Assembly (NCBI RefSeq): GCF_008831285.2
Contig: NC_045138.2
Coordinates: forward strand, 35,464,001 to 35,528,000
Source of the DNA: Nymphaea colorata
Taxonomy: Eukaryota
Length of the DNA: 64,000 bases
Direction of reading: 5' to 3'
Both the position numbers and the translations under genes were made by a program. Numbering within the stretch: position 1 is the first letter of the stretch; every line of letters starts with the position of its first letter. The notes under the pieces are model-generated. The model had not been told where the DNA came from. It searched no databases and worked only from the letters and a program-made list of their open reading frames with translations. Shown here one piece after another: positions 37,553-56,100 of the stretch.

Positions 37553-40279
37553 GGAGTAACGCGCTTAGGTTTCCTCCCCGCAGATAGTGACCGACGACGC
37601 GCCCTCCCTCCCGGCGAAGTCACCGGCTGTCGCCCGTCGTCCCAGTCACCTCTAACAGGGACGCAGCAGACAGGTCAATCGGCGGGTCGCCGGTGGGGAA
37701 GGAGGAGCGCCGTGAGGGAGGAAGAGGAACAATACGGTGAGGGAGGGAGGCTTGAAATGGTGAGGGGTTGGACGGTTCAGTTCTTCCCGAATCCCTCATC
37801 ATCATTGTTAGTTACTTAACCTCACGCCTCACTGATGTGTCCAAGTAAAAAAAAAAAAAACAGGGGGGAAAAGGAAAACCACGCTCATGTCATGTAACGC
37901 AATTTCACTTATCTTTTAACGCCTTCCTAAGAAATTAAGTCAATCAAATAATACACGCACGCGGAATGTGGATCCACTTTTATTCATTTTATCTTATGCT
38001 GGATCACTCTTTGAGCGGATGGAGGTTTTGTTTCGTAAATTTTCTTTTCACTTGCTTCTATTTATATTTGACTTATTGAATCTATTTCTTTCACAGAATA
38101 AAGTCCCCATGCATGTGGCTGCTTCTTATAACACGTATGAAACTTACATTTGTTTTCACTTGAAAAACATAATTCAAGAGCCTGATCTTCTAGCCGGCTG
38201 CGGAGATATACTATGCGGGATCTCTCTTTGAAACAGCAAGTTCTTGAAAGCGACCGTTTTTATTTCAAACTGGCTTTTGTTTGATAGACAGAAGAGAACA
38301 GCGTAAGGTTCAACGTTTTGCTCTTAATTTCGTGCAGGGCCTTCGGCTTTTCAAAATTTTTCAACCAACCACTTGCTTTATCATAAATATCGCACGAGTG
38401 ACTTTTTTTTATCGTTGCTCTCCAACTCGGTCGGTCGGAGTTGCAATTTTTTTCTTGTACTGCAAAAAATTCATTAGTTTAAACTTTTGCCTCTCGAAAA
38501 GGGTGCAGGCTAGTATTTATAACTTTGGAAAGTCGCCTTGGGCAGTGAGGCTAACGGAGCAGGAAGACGAAGGCGCTTAAAGGAGCAGCATGATAAGGTT
38601 ATAGAATTATCAGCTTACTGTAACGGCGCCCGTGGAATATAAATCTAACATCCTCCAAGAGATCATGTCATCCGCTCTCCAATAAGCAGTTCAACCTCCA
38701 ACCTCAATCAATCAAGTTGGAAATTGAAAGATCAGGCACCTACCCGCCACTGGTTGCGCTAAACCCCTCGTGGCAATTTGTGCTCATGGCAATTTGTGCT
38801 GCCTATGTGAAAGAGATGATGTGCAAGTGCTTCTGGAACCTCATCGTTTGTAAAAATTGTTATATATATGTATACTTTTTTTATATAAAATTTGCCTTTT
38901 AAGCATTTGTTTTGGTCGATCTAGATTCTTATCCTGACATTTTCCATGACCCTTGATCTTAATAAACTTTATGCATATTATATATTTGGAATGCGTGCGG
39001 GTAATTCTACTGTTAATTAAACCATGTTTTAGCAGTGAAATTTGATTATAAATAGAACCCCGAAATCACAAAATTATCCCCCCAAAAATAAAAAAAAAAA
39101 CGGAACAATAGCTTGCGTCGAAAGCTGTATTGGAGCCCATCTACTATGTTATTGAGAGTAGATTCAGCCATGGCATTAACGGAAGTGCTTCTTTTTTATT
39201 GCTAGCTCATCTTTAATTAATAGCATGTTGGACGTAACCACTAGAGTTTGGAGTCAAGGTCATCGCACACCGAAAATGGCTGGCAATCACGTGGCGAGCT
39301 GTTGATAGCGAAGCACACGTATTATATACGGTAGAACCACCAAAATTTTCCCACATGATGAGAACTCTTCACTCTCTTCCTCCTCATTTTGGATATGAGC
39401 ATCTAATTGATTTGCTGCATTATATCATAAGGGTCTTCAACTTTTCCAAACCACCTCTTGTCCAATCGAGCACATGATTGCCGGGCTAACTATTTGCAGT
39501 CGCACTTATATAGCAGCACAAGATACAGTGGCAATCCTAGACACGTTGCAGGGCAAAGGTGGCTTCAGCTTTCATTTGGGTGGTAGAATTCTCCTCCCAC
39601 TCATCCGAAAACCGCTCACACCTAGGCTTGCAAAAAAAAAAAAAAAAAGGCATTTGACCATGAATTTCAATCCATGACTACTTAAGTGCTTCCCTCATAG
39701 CTAAAACCAACCTACCACACCAGCTTCCTTGGAGCAATATGAAACAAGAAAACGATCCTCTCCTATTCTTCAGTGTCAATTAATGCAATCAGTTATGATT
39801 CTTTTGGTGGCGTACAAGGCACATGAATGAATGTTCATTCTAGTGCACAATGAAGATGGCAGGTACAAAGTCAATCCGACCCTTATGTTTCTGCCCCTGC
39901 TTATGGCTTAGCACTCCCTTCATCCAACACCCTGGTGATTTTGCCGTAAGGATCGATCAAGTTAATCCTAACGCTTGCACAATGTATGTATTTAACATCA
40001 AATTGGCAAACCCTCTATGGTGAGTCGGTGACCGATTCTTGTGCGTCTTAACTGGACCCGAGCCTGGATCACGTAAAGTTCATCTGGCTCCAGCCCATTG
40101 GCAGCTCTGCCCACAGGGTCAGGGAGTGAGGCTGAGGCCTACGGGGTCGTGCACTAAGAAGAAGGCCCGTTTTTGTTCAAGAAGCTTCCAATCCGCTTTT
40201 GCTTTGCTCCTTATATCCTCTGTGGTGTGTGCGGGCTATCCTTCGACCTCCGCCCGAACCAAACGCCTCCTCCCCTCCC

Positions 40280-43200
40280 ATGGCCGCGATTTCTGGCTAC
40301 GTGCCGGTGCTTCTCCCTCGGCATACCAACGGAACCGCCGAGCCAGCAGCGAGGCGCTTAGTCGTTCCTCTGAGGCAGAAACACGTAAAGCCGGTTTATT
40401 TGTCTTTGCCTTATGTCTCCCCATCGTTCAATTCGTTCGCTGTCGGCAACGCAAGGCATCGAGCTTCCTTCTTCTGCCCGTTTGCTGCTCAAGGTGAGAC
40501 CACAGAAACGGAAAATGTCGACGGAACCGAAGTTCTGGTAAACCCCAACTCGTTTTGTTTTTGAGAGAGAGAGAGAGAGAGAATAGTCGGCATTTTCTTT
40601 ATTTTTTCTGTGCAAATTAGTCGTTTCGCTTGATGTCCGGTCGCTAATGCTGGGAACCATTTGAGTGCCGTAGATTTATGTAGGGACTAGGGAGTTGCGT
40701 TACGGGTAGTTTTTCATTCATGCTGGTTTATTTGTCCTTTCATGTTTCCCTCTTTGTTGGAGCAAGATGGATGAGTACCATACTTATGCTTTTGCGCGCG
40801 AATGTGCTTATGGTGAGTAATCTATAAGGGCGAAGGATTTAACAAGTGGGTAGATTGTTTTACTTCACAAACGGCTCCATTTTCTTGACAAAGCCAAAAT
40901 GAAGACTGGATTTTCGGTTTGTAAATACAAATCTTGGTTACATGAACATGCCTTGGTGGCGGCTCGATGTTTTCTGTATGGTAAAGATATAATTTCAAGT
41001 ATTATTTGTTAAAAACATGGACGTCGTAATTCTGTTGCTCCGTTGTGTCAGTGTTAGATGCCGGTGCAACTAAATGATTTAGCCAGGAATTAGCGATTCT
41101 CGTTTTGTCGTGAGGGATGGACAAACCCTAGCATGTCTTTCTCACACATGCTATTGAAGGTTCAGTATACGATTCACATTTAGAACCAATTGGTATCAGT
41201 TCTGTGAAGATGTATTCTCTTTGCGGTATGATGCAGCTTATTTAATCTGGAGGTGGATGTGGGGGTTGACTATGAGCAGAGTACTTCCATTTTCTGTAAA
41301 TATCGGTACTCGGTAGTTAGTATTAAAATTAGCCCTCTAGATTCGTTTACAAATGTGCTAAATTGGGCTCCACAAGGCGATCAACATTGAAAATTTGTGC
41401 CACAACTTCCGGATTGCACAAAATGGAAGGATGATAGGTTGTTGGTTTAGGTGTTTCACAATCTCAGGATGAGAAGTGCTGATGAGGCAAGTGGAACCAT
41501 AGAATATTAGGTTCTAGTCATGACCATTTTCTCGCTAGTAAGTAACAATCCAGCTAAAACAAACATCTTAGATATTAGATTTAAATTTCATATTGGTTTG
41601 AGGAGAGATGCATGCCAGATCCAATGCAGATTCCTGAGTAGTATGGTTTAGCAGTCGACTAGATACCTAATTAAGTAACCGTGTATTGCATTGGGATAAC
41701 GAGAAGCTTGTAGAACGACTGTCGGAAAAGCCTTTTGCATGCCAGACCAGTGCGATGATTCATGGTTAGTGGCCAAAGATCAAGGCAGACGTTGAAAATT
41801 CAAGTCAAGATGCTCTGGGTGTTCAATAATATAGCAATATCCCATTTCAGTGGATGTTATCTCATATCTTCTGTATTTAATCAAGTAAAACCCATTTCGC
41901 AGACCAATGATAAACAAGGAATAGGAATACAGTTGACACGACCAAATGAATGCCTACTTTGGGTTTCAACCATACGGGGACCCCCAATCTAACCATCTCT
42001 CTTAACTTCTATGATGACATTTCAACTTTTTCCTGCAAACTTTGGTCATTTAGTAAAGTTTTCTTTGGTAGTGTGCTGGTGAACGACATCAGTAACATAT
42101 AGAACTGCTGACATGTATGGGTGATTGGGGACAGGTTAAAAGTATTTATTCGACTACAAATGAAAAGAAGAGAAATCACCTGCTGCAGAAAGGGTTGTGG
42201 ATCTTTTTGTTGTCTAATTTATAACCTCACTTTTAAACATTTTTTGGGAAGTTAAGTCTGTCTAGTGATATGTAGTTGTTTATTCTATGTCTATGGGGGT
42301 GTCCTCTGTCAGGATGGCTTTCACATGGTATTATGTCATTCTCTTCAACTAGCAGATGTCCCACTATCACGCCACAAATTAGGCTGCCAACCTTGTCATG
42401 GTCATGTTTGCTACTTCATTGTTGAAGTGATGCTTCATTTTTCATTGATCTTCCCCCACCCCCCCCCCTCCCCCAAAAAAAATGCCTCTTGGAACTTCTG
42501 TTCACACTGTACCCTTTTGGGCTTCTGCAATATTTCTACTTCTATTTCATACCTTTCTGCACTTTTTTGAAGTGTTTGAGGAAGTTTGCAGGAAACAGAA
42601 GATGGGGCACCAAGAGAGACTGTGGCAGAGGACAGTGGTTCTGTTGATGTAGAAGAAGAAACCTCAGCTTCGAAGGTGAAGATGGCTCTCCAGTTATACA
42701 GAGAAGCACTAGCAAATGGTGATCAATCTAAAATTACTGAAGTAGAGGCTTTTCTTCAATCGATTGAGGATGAAAAGGCTTCCCTTGCGACAAAAATAGC
42801 TGCACTTTCTGTGGAATTGTCAACAGAGAGGGATAGGGTTCTTAGGATCAGTGCTGATTTTGATAACTTCAGGAAAAGAACAGAGAGGGAGAGGCTCTCA
42901 TTTGTGTCAAATGTGCAAGGAGAAGTGATTGAGAAACTTCTGCCTGTATTGGATAATTTTGAGAGAGCGAGGGCTCAAATTAAAGTTACAACAGAAGGTG
43001 AAGACAAAATAAATAACAGCTACCAGAACATCTATAAGCAGTTTGTGGAGGTCCTGGGATCCTTGGGCGTTGCAGTTGTAGAGACAGTGGGGACTCCTTT
43101 CGATCCATTGGTAAGTTTCGAAACTATTTGATCATACAAGGTTGCTTTATCTGGGCATCTGTTTTTTTTTCCTGTTGCTCCTTGGTGTCTTTTTTAGAAA

Positions 43201-43695
43201 TGTCTGGCTGTATTTTCATCTGGTTGTACTTTCATTGTCTGACTGTGGACCCAGCAATCCTTTTGCTAGTTCATAGTTGTGGTCCAATAACAAACTTTCT
43301 GTAGCTAAGCCACTGAGATTGGCATGTGCTTAGACTGATGAGATGGGGTGATCTGATCATCCATGCAGCAAGCTGCCTGAGTGCATTTGTGTACAGTATA
43401 CCTATTGGTGGTGTCTTCGTAAGTCATTGTATTTCTGACGTGACTTTGTTGACAGCTGCATGAGGCCATCATGCGTGAAGACTCATCAGAATTTGAAGAA
43501 GGAATCATCATTGACGAATTCCGCAAAGGATTTAAGTTGGGTGACACACTGTTGCGGCCATCCATGGTGAAAGTTTCTGCTGGTCCAGGCCCTGCAAAGC
43601 CTGCTGAAGAAATCAGGTCGTCAGGTGAGGCTCAAAGCACCGATCAAGACGAGAGGGACGATGCTGGTGATGCTGCAGAACCTACGTCTGGCTAG
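40280..43695 (+). CDS. grpE: GrpE nucleotide exchange factor, plastid type (CGE), about 338 aa
   Basis: Exons 40280-40537, 42592-43110, 43456-43695. Ser/Arg-rich transit-peptide-like N-terminus; RISADFDNFRKRTERE, LLPVLDNFERA, GTPFDPLLHEAIMREDS, EFRKGFKLGDTLLRPSMVKVS. Confidence 0.95.
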
Positions 43696-45571
43696 TATGC
43701 TTTGGCTTGTGTTCTGCTACTCAATTTTGTAGTCCTGACATTTTCTTCTTAGAGCAAACAAGTTATTGGTAACTTAAGGTGAAGATGTGAATTGATTTGT
43801 TTCTGGTTTATGATTCAACTTTCATCTTCTCCCTTCTGTGGACTTTGCTTCCTCGACCTAGTGCTGCACGATGAGCATTGTAATACTGAATATATATATA
43901 TATACTGATGCATGTCCCAATTGCTTCCTGTTGAGAAAGAGAGAGACAGAGATTAATGGTACGCAGAAAGCATCCAAGCGTTGTTTTTTAAATGAATTTC
44001 TTGTTTGAAATGCTTTTGTTATAATTGAAATCACTGGGACCGATCTATTTTATATCGCCTGTCTGACGCTTGCCCCTTGTAAACCGTACTTTTTGACTTT
44101 TGGATGCTCTTCACAAAATTATGGATGACCTCACTATATTTAGAACCTTAGTCGTTGAGGTATACATAATACTTTTTCAGTCGTCTAAAATATGCAAGGT
44201 TTTGAAATCAACAGCCTGAATTGTTTGGCTGTCTTATTTATATTACATAAAAACGTGACATTTTGTTTCACAAAGTTTCTAATGATAGTCATAACCGAGG
44301 ACTGTAAAGATGAAATAGGAAGCAACTTCAGGGTGAGAGAGGTGAGAAAATGAAGAATGAATCACCATCCTGCCAGCAGGCAATGCCTCCATCCCATGGC
44401 CCACTTAAGAAAGGGCACTGGAGGTCGTACCTTTCTTTGCGAATGCTATAGCAGCGTAGAGTTCCTTTCCCTCTCTTGTATTCTTTAACTTGCTTTCTAT
44501 AAAACATTCAGAAACTGTGTACTTGTGATTGAAAGCTTGTGGCGTTCAAGTGACAGATGTTACTGCTGCGGTTGTGCATAAACGACGATTTGGAAGCTAA
44601 AGAGTGAAGGCCGTCCTTTGAAAACCGAACAGAAACCGGAGCAGTTGGTGGTGCGGAGAAGGATGCCTACGAAGATAAAGTGAGAGGGCCAGAGAGTTGG
44701 GGGGACTACCGAATACTGGCTGGGCCACGTGCTTTTAATATAGATATTGTTATTACCACAATTAATTTTAATTAACAGTCAGCAAAAACATCCGGTGAGA
44801 AAAGCCATCAAGAAAGTAGACAGTAAAAGAGGGAAGGGAAAAATCGAGGCGACTTTGTTGCTTGTCATTAGGAGCCCAGGATTCTCGTTCAACCCATATA
44901 ATTTGGTGAACTGGCTATAACGATATAAAAATCGTCAAGGCGGCATCAAGTCACCATTGCGGGAAGGCTTTTTGTAGAAAAGCAGGCGCCACAAATTTGC
45001 GAGACGTTGATGCTCTTGAGAAATGGCAACCAAAAGAGCATGGAAGGATAGCCCTGCCCCTGGATGGCACAGCCACACGGTTGGGTGCCACGGCGACACA
45101 CGGTTGGGTGCCATCTACCCAGTGGACAAACAACATTTCGCTTGACGATTTCCATCGGGACTAAGATAGTCCTGGGAGAAGACCAACCAAATCGCACCAA
45201 GTAGGGAGAGCAACTGGGTTGGCTGCCTTCCTTGCTTCTCACGCCGGTAGCAACAGCCTCTGACCATCAGCCAGTAGCTAGACAGCAACATTTCAAACAA
45301 ACGACATCACCAGTACAGTGGACTTGTGATGTGGGACAACATATTTGAGGAACAGGTTATAGCCTATATAATATTACCGACAGCAACTGAAGGAATTCCC
45401 GCAAATAGATCAAGAGAAATCATACAATCCACACAGATCAATTTCATTAATATAATTGAGTTTCTTTCTGAACAAAACCAGCAAATAACAGAATGGAAAG
45501 GGGAACATGAAATGATATGCTACGGATGCCAGAAAAAATCGTCTGAAGGCTGTCATCTATAATGCTTCCTG

Positions 45572-49728
<4,157 letters not shown>

Positions 49729-51129
49729 TCATGCAAAAACTGATTCCGTCCCTCATCTTCCTCGATGACGGTAGTTACGTAGACAAATTCCGGGAAATGG
49801 AGAAACTATGACAGATCCATCGAGATCCGCATTGCTCACGAGTCAGGAGACTTTTTAGATACTAAAATTGGCCGACCTCTTCGGGTGTGGAAGGGAATGG
49901 AGACGAGCAGGAGAAAAGAGAACCCAAGATAGGGAGATCGGGTGCCTTACCCGGCAAACTCGGGGATGCCGGCGAGTCGGATCGTGAGGGATCGGTCGGA
50001 AAGACACAAGGATGGACGGACGTGAGGAGCCGCTGCTGCGTGCGAGGGGCAATGGGTGGTGAGGGAACGGCCGGTCCTCCCGCGCTTTAATACTCACCGC
50101 GTCCAGAGGAACCGTTCAATCGACTGAGGCGGGGTGTGGTGAGGGACTGGGGAGTCCTTGCACGCGCGAGGGATCTCGCCGCACGCACAAGACGCGGAGA
50201 GGTTTGGAAGTGGGGCCGGCTAGCGATTGCCGAAAGCCTGGCTTGAGTTGAACGGTGATTTGCAACGCCCAAGCTCGTATCAACTGTACGGGTCTGCACC
50301 CATTGGAAAATGCAGGGATGGCAACAGGCCACATATATACGGGCAAGAAACTTGGCGGAGGGTCACGGTAGCAAAACCGGAAGAGATATGAAGTTGTAGC
50401 TGGCTGTTGGAGGGAGAAAGGGAAAGGACGTGGAGGGGTATGGGTCGACGCCCCCAAATAGAGTTTCCTTGTTCATGATGTGGGTGCGGACGCGATCAAT
50501 TTCTTGGAGTGGCGTGGTGGGATATTACTTTAGTGCGCAAAAAGGTCAATGTGATGCGCTTTGCTTTTGACCGCTCACCTTGCCTAATTGATTACGTGCC
50601 TCCCTAAAGCAACAGGACAATCGGTGGTGTTTTTGCCGGCGGAGTTGAGGCATTCCATTCGGTCGGATTGGACGCTCCCACTCATCTTTTATCATCACAA
50701 ACCTAGCTAGTTCGCCCATGCACGACCTTTCCCTACTCATTGAGGCTCCTGAGCACTCTTAACCCACTATCCCTGCAAAGTAAACATAAAGGAGATTTCA
50801 CACTCGTCTATACAACTGAATTTGTTGAAAACAAGTTTAAAATGAGCTAATAAGCAAATAAAACCATCGAATTTTATGGTGCTTATGGAATCGAACGCAT
50901 GCGTTGAAGTAATCATGACCTTTTCCTATTAATACATTTGCTTGACATATATATAAAACCCGTCTCTATGGCTGAGAATTATAGACAAAAATTCAAAATA
51001 ATATTACACGACAGGTTGATGACAATCCTGTCTATGTAAAATTCATGATCAGATCTGTTTCCTGAAAATTGTTATATTATCTCAATGTCAAAATTTATTT
51101 GCAAAGAGAGCGGAATTTTGAAAGAAGTA

Positions 51130-51910
51130 ATTTTGGAAAATGTAGGAATGGCAACAGGCTGTATATATATAAGAAACTTGGCGGAGGGATAGGAGGAAAA
51201 ATTCCTGGGCATGTAGTAATCTCGGTGTAGCACTATCCCTGCAAAATATATGAGGAATAGGTACTCATCGCCTTTTGCTGCCGGGGTCCAACGGATATTT
51301 ATAGTAGTCCTCAAGTATTCAACAGTTTGCAGGACCATGGATGATACCAAGAACATGCCAATATACTCTATTCTAATAGTGGTGGTAACGTGAGATGCGT
51401 AGCCGTTGTAATATGGCGTGCATGTAACATCATGAGACATGTCTTCTTCAATCTGCACGAACACAATCATGTTGTTATGCTGCAACACTCTCTCCACACA
51501 TACTCCCGAACAGAAGAAAACATCATCGGAAAACACCGAACCTGGATGGCCTCCTTGAACCAAGCATTAATCCTCCTGTAAGTTTTACGCCCAAAGGAAC
51601 AGTGGACATTATTGTAGGTATCACCAACAGGACGTTGCTCCAAACCGGAGATGAAGGTTGGCTTCGGCAGGTTTTACAAGACACACTTATGCTTGACGAT
51701 TGTGCTGTTGCTATAATCCCAGTCCACAGACTGTGACTTGCATTGTCCAGCATCACCGTGTCCCATTGTTCATCTCCCAGCTAGAGGTCGAAGGTGGGCA
51801 GCATGTTCTGGCCATCGTAGTTGCCGTACATGAAAGAAGCTCGAATCAGGAATCGGTTCCCCAGTCAGTGGTGTCAAGCTGTGGCAATTTCTTTTGTTTC
51901 CCCAGAACCG
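51130..51910 (-). pseudogene. Pseudogene fragment of a malectin-like-domain receptor kinase ectodomain (LRR-I/IOS1 type)
   Basis: Across frameshifts: GNKRNCHSL.../RFLIRASFMYGNYDGQNMLPTFDL*LGDEQWDTVMLDNASHSLWTGIIATAQSSSISV/...PFISGLEQRPV.../SSMVLQTV...INIRWTP...EYLFLIYFAGI. In-frame TAG at 51781-51783; no LRR or kinase part seen. Confidence 0.85.
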
Positions 51911-53102
51911 ATGTAGGGGATTTTTTTTTCTGAAGTGCAGATGTAAACTGGTTTATCCAGGGAAGTCGACCTTTCTGGATGCCCGCCGTTCAGATTTACA
52001 CATGTTTACGGACGTGCCTTCCTTATGACCTTAATTTGAAAGAATCTTCTACTCAAAATCATCGCTGTACTTGCAGTTTGACAGGTAGATGTTCAAAGAT
52101 AACAAAAGCTCCCTTTCTGCCTCTGATCTGACTACTCATTGTTTCCACTACTCCACACAAACTGGTCAAACGGAACCCCTGTAAATGACGCTTTGAAACG
52201 CTCGTTCAAATAAGATGAAACAAAACAATTTCCCCGTATTTTCAACTCGAGTAAGCCAATTCAGGCTTAACATGGCTTGAAACAAAAGCGACACGAGTGT
52301 TCCATCATCCGCTTCAATTCAGCAAGACCAATTTGTTTGGAGTATAAGCACAATATTTTTGGAAAATTAGGATCTCACCTTATAGGGCATTAGCTGCAGT
52401 CAAGAAAATATAGCCTCAATTTGAAATATAAAAACTTGAAATTGAATCGAACTTCTGAAAGGGGCAAAAGAATAGGACCCAACAAAAACCCCTCGAAGTC
52501 TTCATCTGTATACAGCACAACAATGCAAATCATGCAATGCCAACTGAGCTCATTCGTTAACTTCTGAGGATGCATACCGATGAATGCACCGAAATGCCAT
52601 TACGCCATGTTCATTGCAGACATACTCCGAGTGCAACAGGAACCAGCATGTGCCAGAGCCCAATAACTTGATGGGCCCACTATGGCATTGTCTTTAAATC
52701 CCTATCATCAGTCCTTCATAGAAGTCGATCCTGTCCATGGATCATAACAGCTCCATGATCCTCACCTTCCACACCAACGTATAACTACCATTCATCACTC
52801 AAAAGCCTCGAGGCAGAGCTGCACAAATCGCTGCATTTCAAACCATGGTTGTCCTATGTAGTTACATAACTGTAGATGTTATCCAGCAGCCTGCACCTAT
52901 GCTTAATCCCTGTATAAATATATAGGGAAAATAAACCATCAGAGGAGGTTCAACTGATGCAGCTTGCAGATTATTGCAAAAAGGAAAAAAGAAAAAATAT
53001 TTTTCAAGCTTGTGATTCAGAATGAACCTGCACGTACAGAAGGCTTACCACTTTGGTCTTCTAACCTGTAAACTACCCAATGGGACACTTCCACAGTAGA
53101 TA

Positions 53103-56100
53103 TCATTCTTTGAACTCAGCATCATGATCTGTTGCAGATATCAGTGACGCAGATTGAATCTTCCCCGCAAGCTCCAGTCTCATAAGAATAACACCCCTGG
53201 AACACCACAAACAAACATTGAGCACTCAAATCCTGCTTTTATTTGTTGCAGAAGCATGAAATGAAAGAAATTCCGAATTATTTTCACAAAGAAAAAATTA
53301 TGGTATAGGACCCTACTCAAATCCAGACAAACACTCGGAAGTATTGCTAACACATCGCATCAGCCAATAAGTTGCATATTGCCAATAAATCAAAATTGAC
53401 AAGGAGTGCAAAACTGCCCCCTTCCACTATCAGTCAATATAGGGGCCCTATCTGCAAAATTGGTTTTGTATTGACTGATACACAGAAGCAGCTATTAAAT
53501 GTTTTTTTTCTGAATTTTAATATAGAAAATCATTTTAGATGGCCACTACGGGCTGAAAGACACTGATGGGTACTAGCCCAAATGCCATATTGGTTTGATA
53601 AAAAAACAGAAACTGATTCCATATATATATAAAAGATTGCTAGTTTGCACTCAAGGCCAGCAGAATGTGATACCACATGAAGAGCATGGATGTTCATGCA
53701 ATATTTCAAGGCACCAAATTCATGAGATGTCTGTTCAGTTTGACCAACAAATAACCACCCAGCATGGAAAGAACTACTAGTTTCTGGAATGAAGTCTTAG
53801 AATGCAATATGAAACCTTGAGGATGCTCGAATGAGGACTGTTTTAAATATATGAACATTTGTGAGTTCCTTGATCACAGTATGACATAATAATTCATCCA
53901 CCCGGTTTGGCAAATCAACTAAAAAAGGCACACAATGCAACATCATGTTCACTTCGTTTCACGCATTGCCATTTGGTCAGCTTAAGTCTACAAAAAGTTG
54001 CAACTGCTACATCGTTAAAGATGAAGACAAAGTTTGCTTTGGTATAATAAAACCAGCTAGATAGGCACTTGGGAAATAATTATCAATTGTAAATGAGAAG
54101 AACAAGATGACTTCATCAATCTTACCTTGCAAAACGTGACTGGATTGAAACATCTCTAACCTTGATTCTATTGACTGTTCCACTTTGACTTACTAAAACA
54201 ACTTGTTCATCACTTTCACCATCATCTAGCACAAAGTAACCACTGATATAAGTTATACACACCCTTAGCAATAAAATAAAACATAAGGTAAGACATGTAA
54301 AGCCATAATCAAGAAAGAAAACAGAGTACCAGATAATGAAAACCCAACGACAAAGACAGCAGCAATATGGTCATCTGGGTTAAGCTGTCAAACAAAAAAA
54401 CCAAAACAAAGATGAAGGGTAAATCAGCATTTCATTAGCAACTTAGACCCACGTACATCAAAAATTTAATCAACAGCATAGCCATAGATAACCATCTCCT
54501 AGCCGCAACACTATGACTGCTCCAGAAATGCACGAAAAATGGCTAGTATGAGACTTCCCTTATCAACCAGACTAACCTATTTATGGGCAAATTAACATAG
54601 CCTTGCGGCTTGCGCACATCAAACACATCGTATTTATTGCTTTCAAACTACATTATACTAAATTCTACGTGTGAAAGCTGACAATGGACACCTTTTGTAC
54701 CCTCCAGCTGCATCCATGGGACATAAAAAAAGAAATTACATCGAAGATGCAGAAGTCAAGTACACGTATTAACTGACTATTACAAACTATGAATACTGAT
54801 GGATGAAGCACAATGCTACCTAAGTTGCAGCTTCAAGGAGGTTATGACAAGGAAAGAGACATCGGACTTACCTTATAACCAACCAAGCCAACTCTCCTTA
54901 GAGGTGACAGTCGGAATTGTCTTAGTGATACACGCTTCCCATAACCACCTTCTGATATGAAGAGCAGCCATGGACCTGCATCTTTATGCCTGCAGTGAAA
55001 AGTTCAGGAAATAATGTGATTAACTCTATTACGAAACCAAATAAAACAATAAAGAAAGAAAGACCATGGTACAGAAGAATAAGGACCGCCAGTTAATGAG
55101 ATAACTACAAACTTGAAAAACTCTGATCTGACTGGTTCTTCCAAAATGTGATATTTGTCAATTAAGCAAAAAACTCAAAAGGAACTCTCATGTCCATGAA
55201 AAACAGGCAAATGCTGCTTAAGCTTCCCACAAACAAAAACTCAAAACAACCAGCTAGAAAACATCAACCAAACATGACCATAAATCCAAACAATGACATC
55301 AAGAAACTAAAAGTAGAACACGAAACACAACTTTAGCAGCTGAATGCTGATTTACGGTATTCTTACTCTCTCTGCAAGTCTTTCTGCATTGATGCTGGAA
55401 TAATGTCCATACATGCCATGCGGTCCGAGTCCTTAAGTTTCATTGAAACCACACCACGTGTGTTTCTTGAAAGTGCCCGAAGCTGAACAAAAAGGAATGC
55501 AAAAGAGGGAACTTGTCAAATTCTCCACAGAATAAAAGTTCCTGTACTTTCAAAAACACAGTTTCCAGACCCTTTGGAAAGCCCCCCCCCCCCCCCCCCC
55601 CACCCCCAAAAAAAAAAAAGAGGGGAGGACTCATAACCACAAAATCAGTTAGAAGCAAAGAAATATGGCACTGTCATTTAACAAAGAAGGGATTCCAAGG
55701 GAAGTTAATGTTTTTCACTGCATAAAATTACTACAATTGTTAGTGACATTATTCATTTCAAAGAATCTAGAAAATATTGAATTTTGAAACCAAAAATTAC
55801 AATGCTACGATTCAAGATGCTAGACAATCAATTATCATACCACATTACAAAATCTTACTTACACTATTACAAGAACTTAGAAGGACCATCCCACTCTGGG
55901 AAGCCATTGCAACAATGTCGTCATTTGTGCAGCAACGCACCCACTTTAATTCATCACCAGGGACCTGTTAATGCAAAGCATACCAAAAGTTTGGGAATGG
56001 GAATTAAGAAATTTTTATGAAAATAATACAAGCAATGAGGAAAAGATGACAGGACTCACAAGCTGAATTGCAATTATCCCCGTTGATCTAATTGCTGAGT

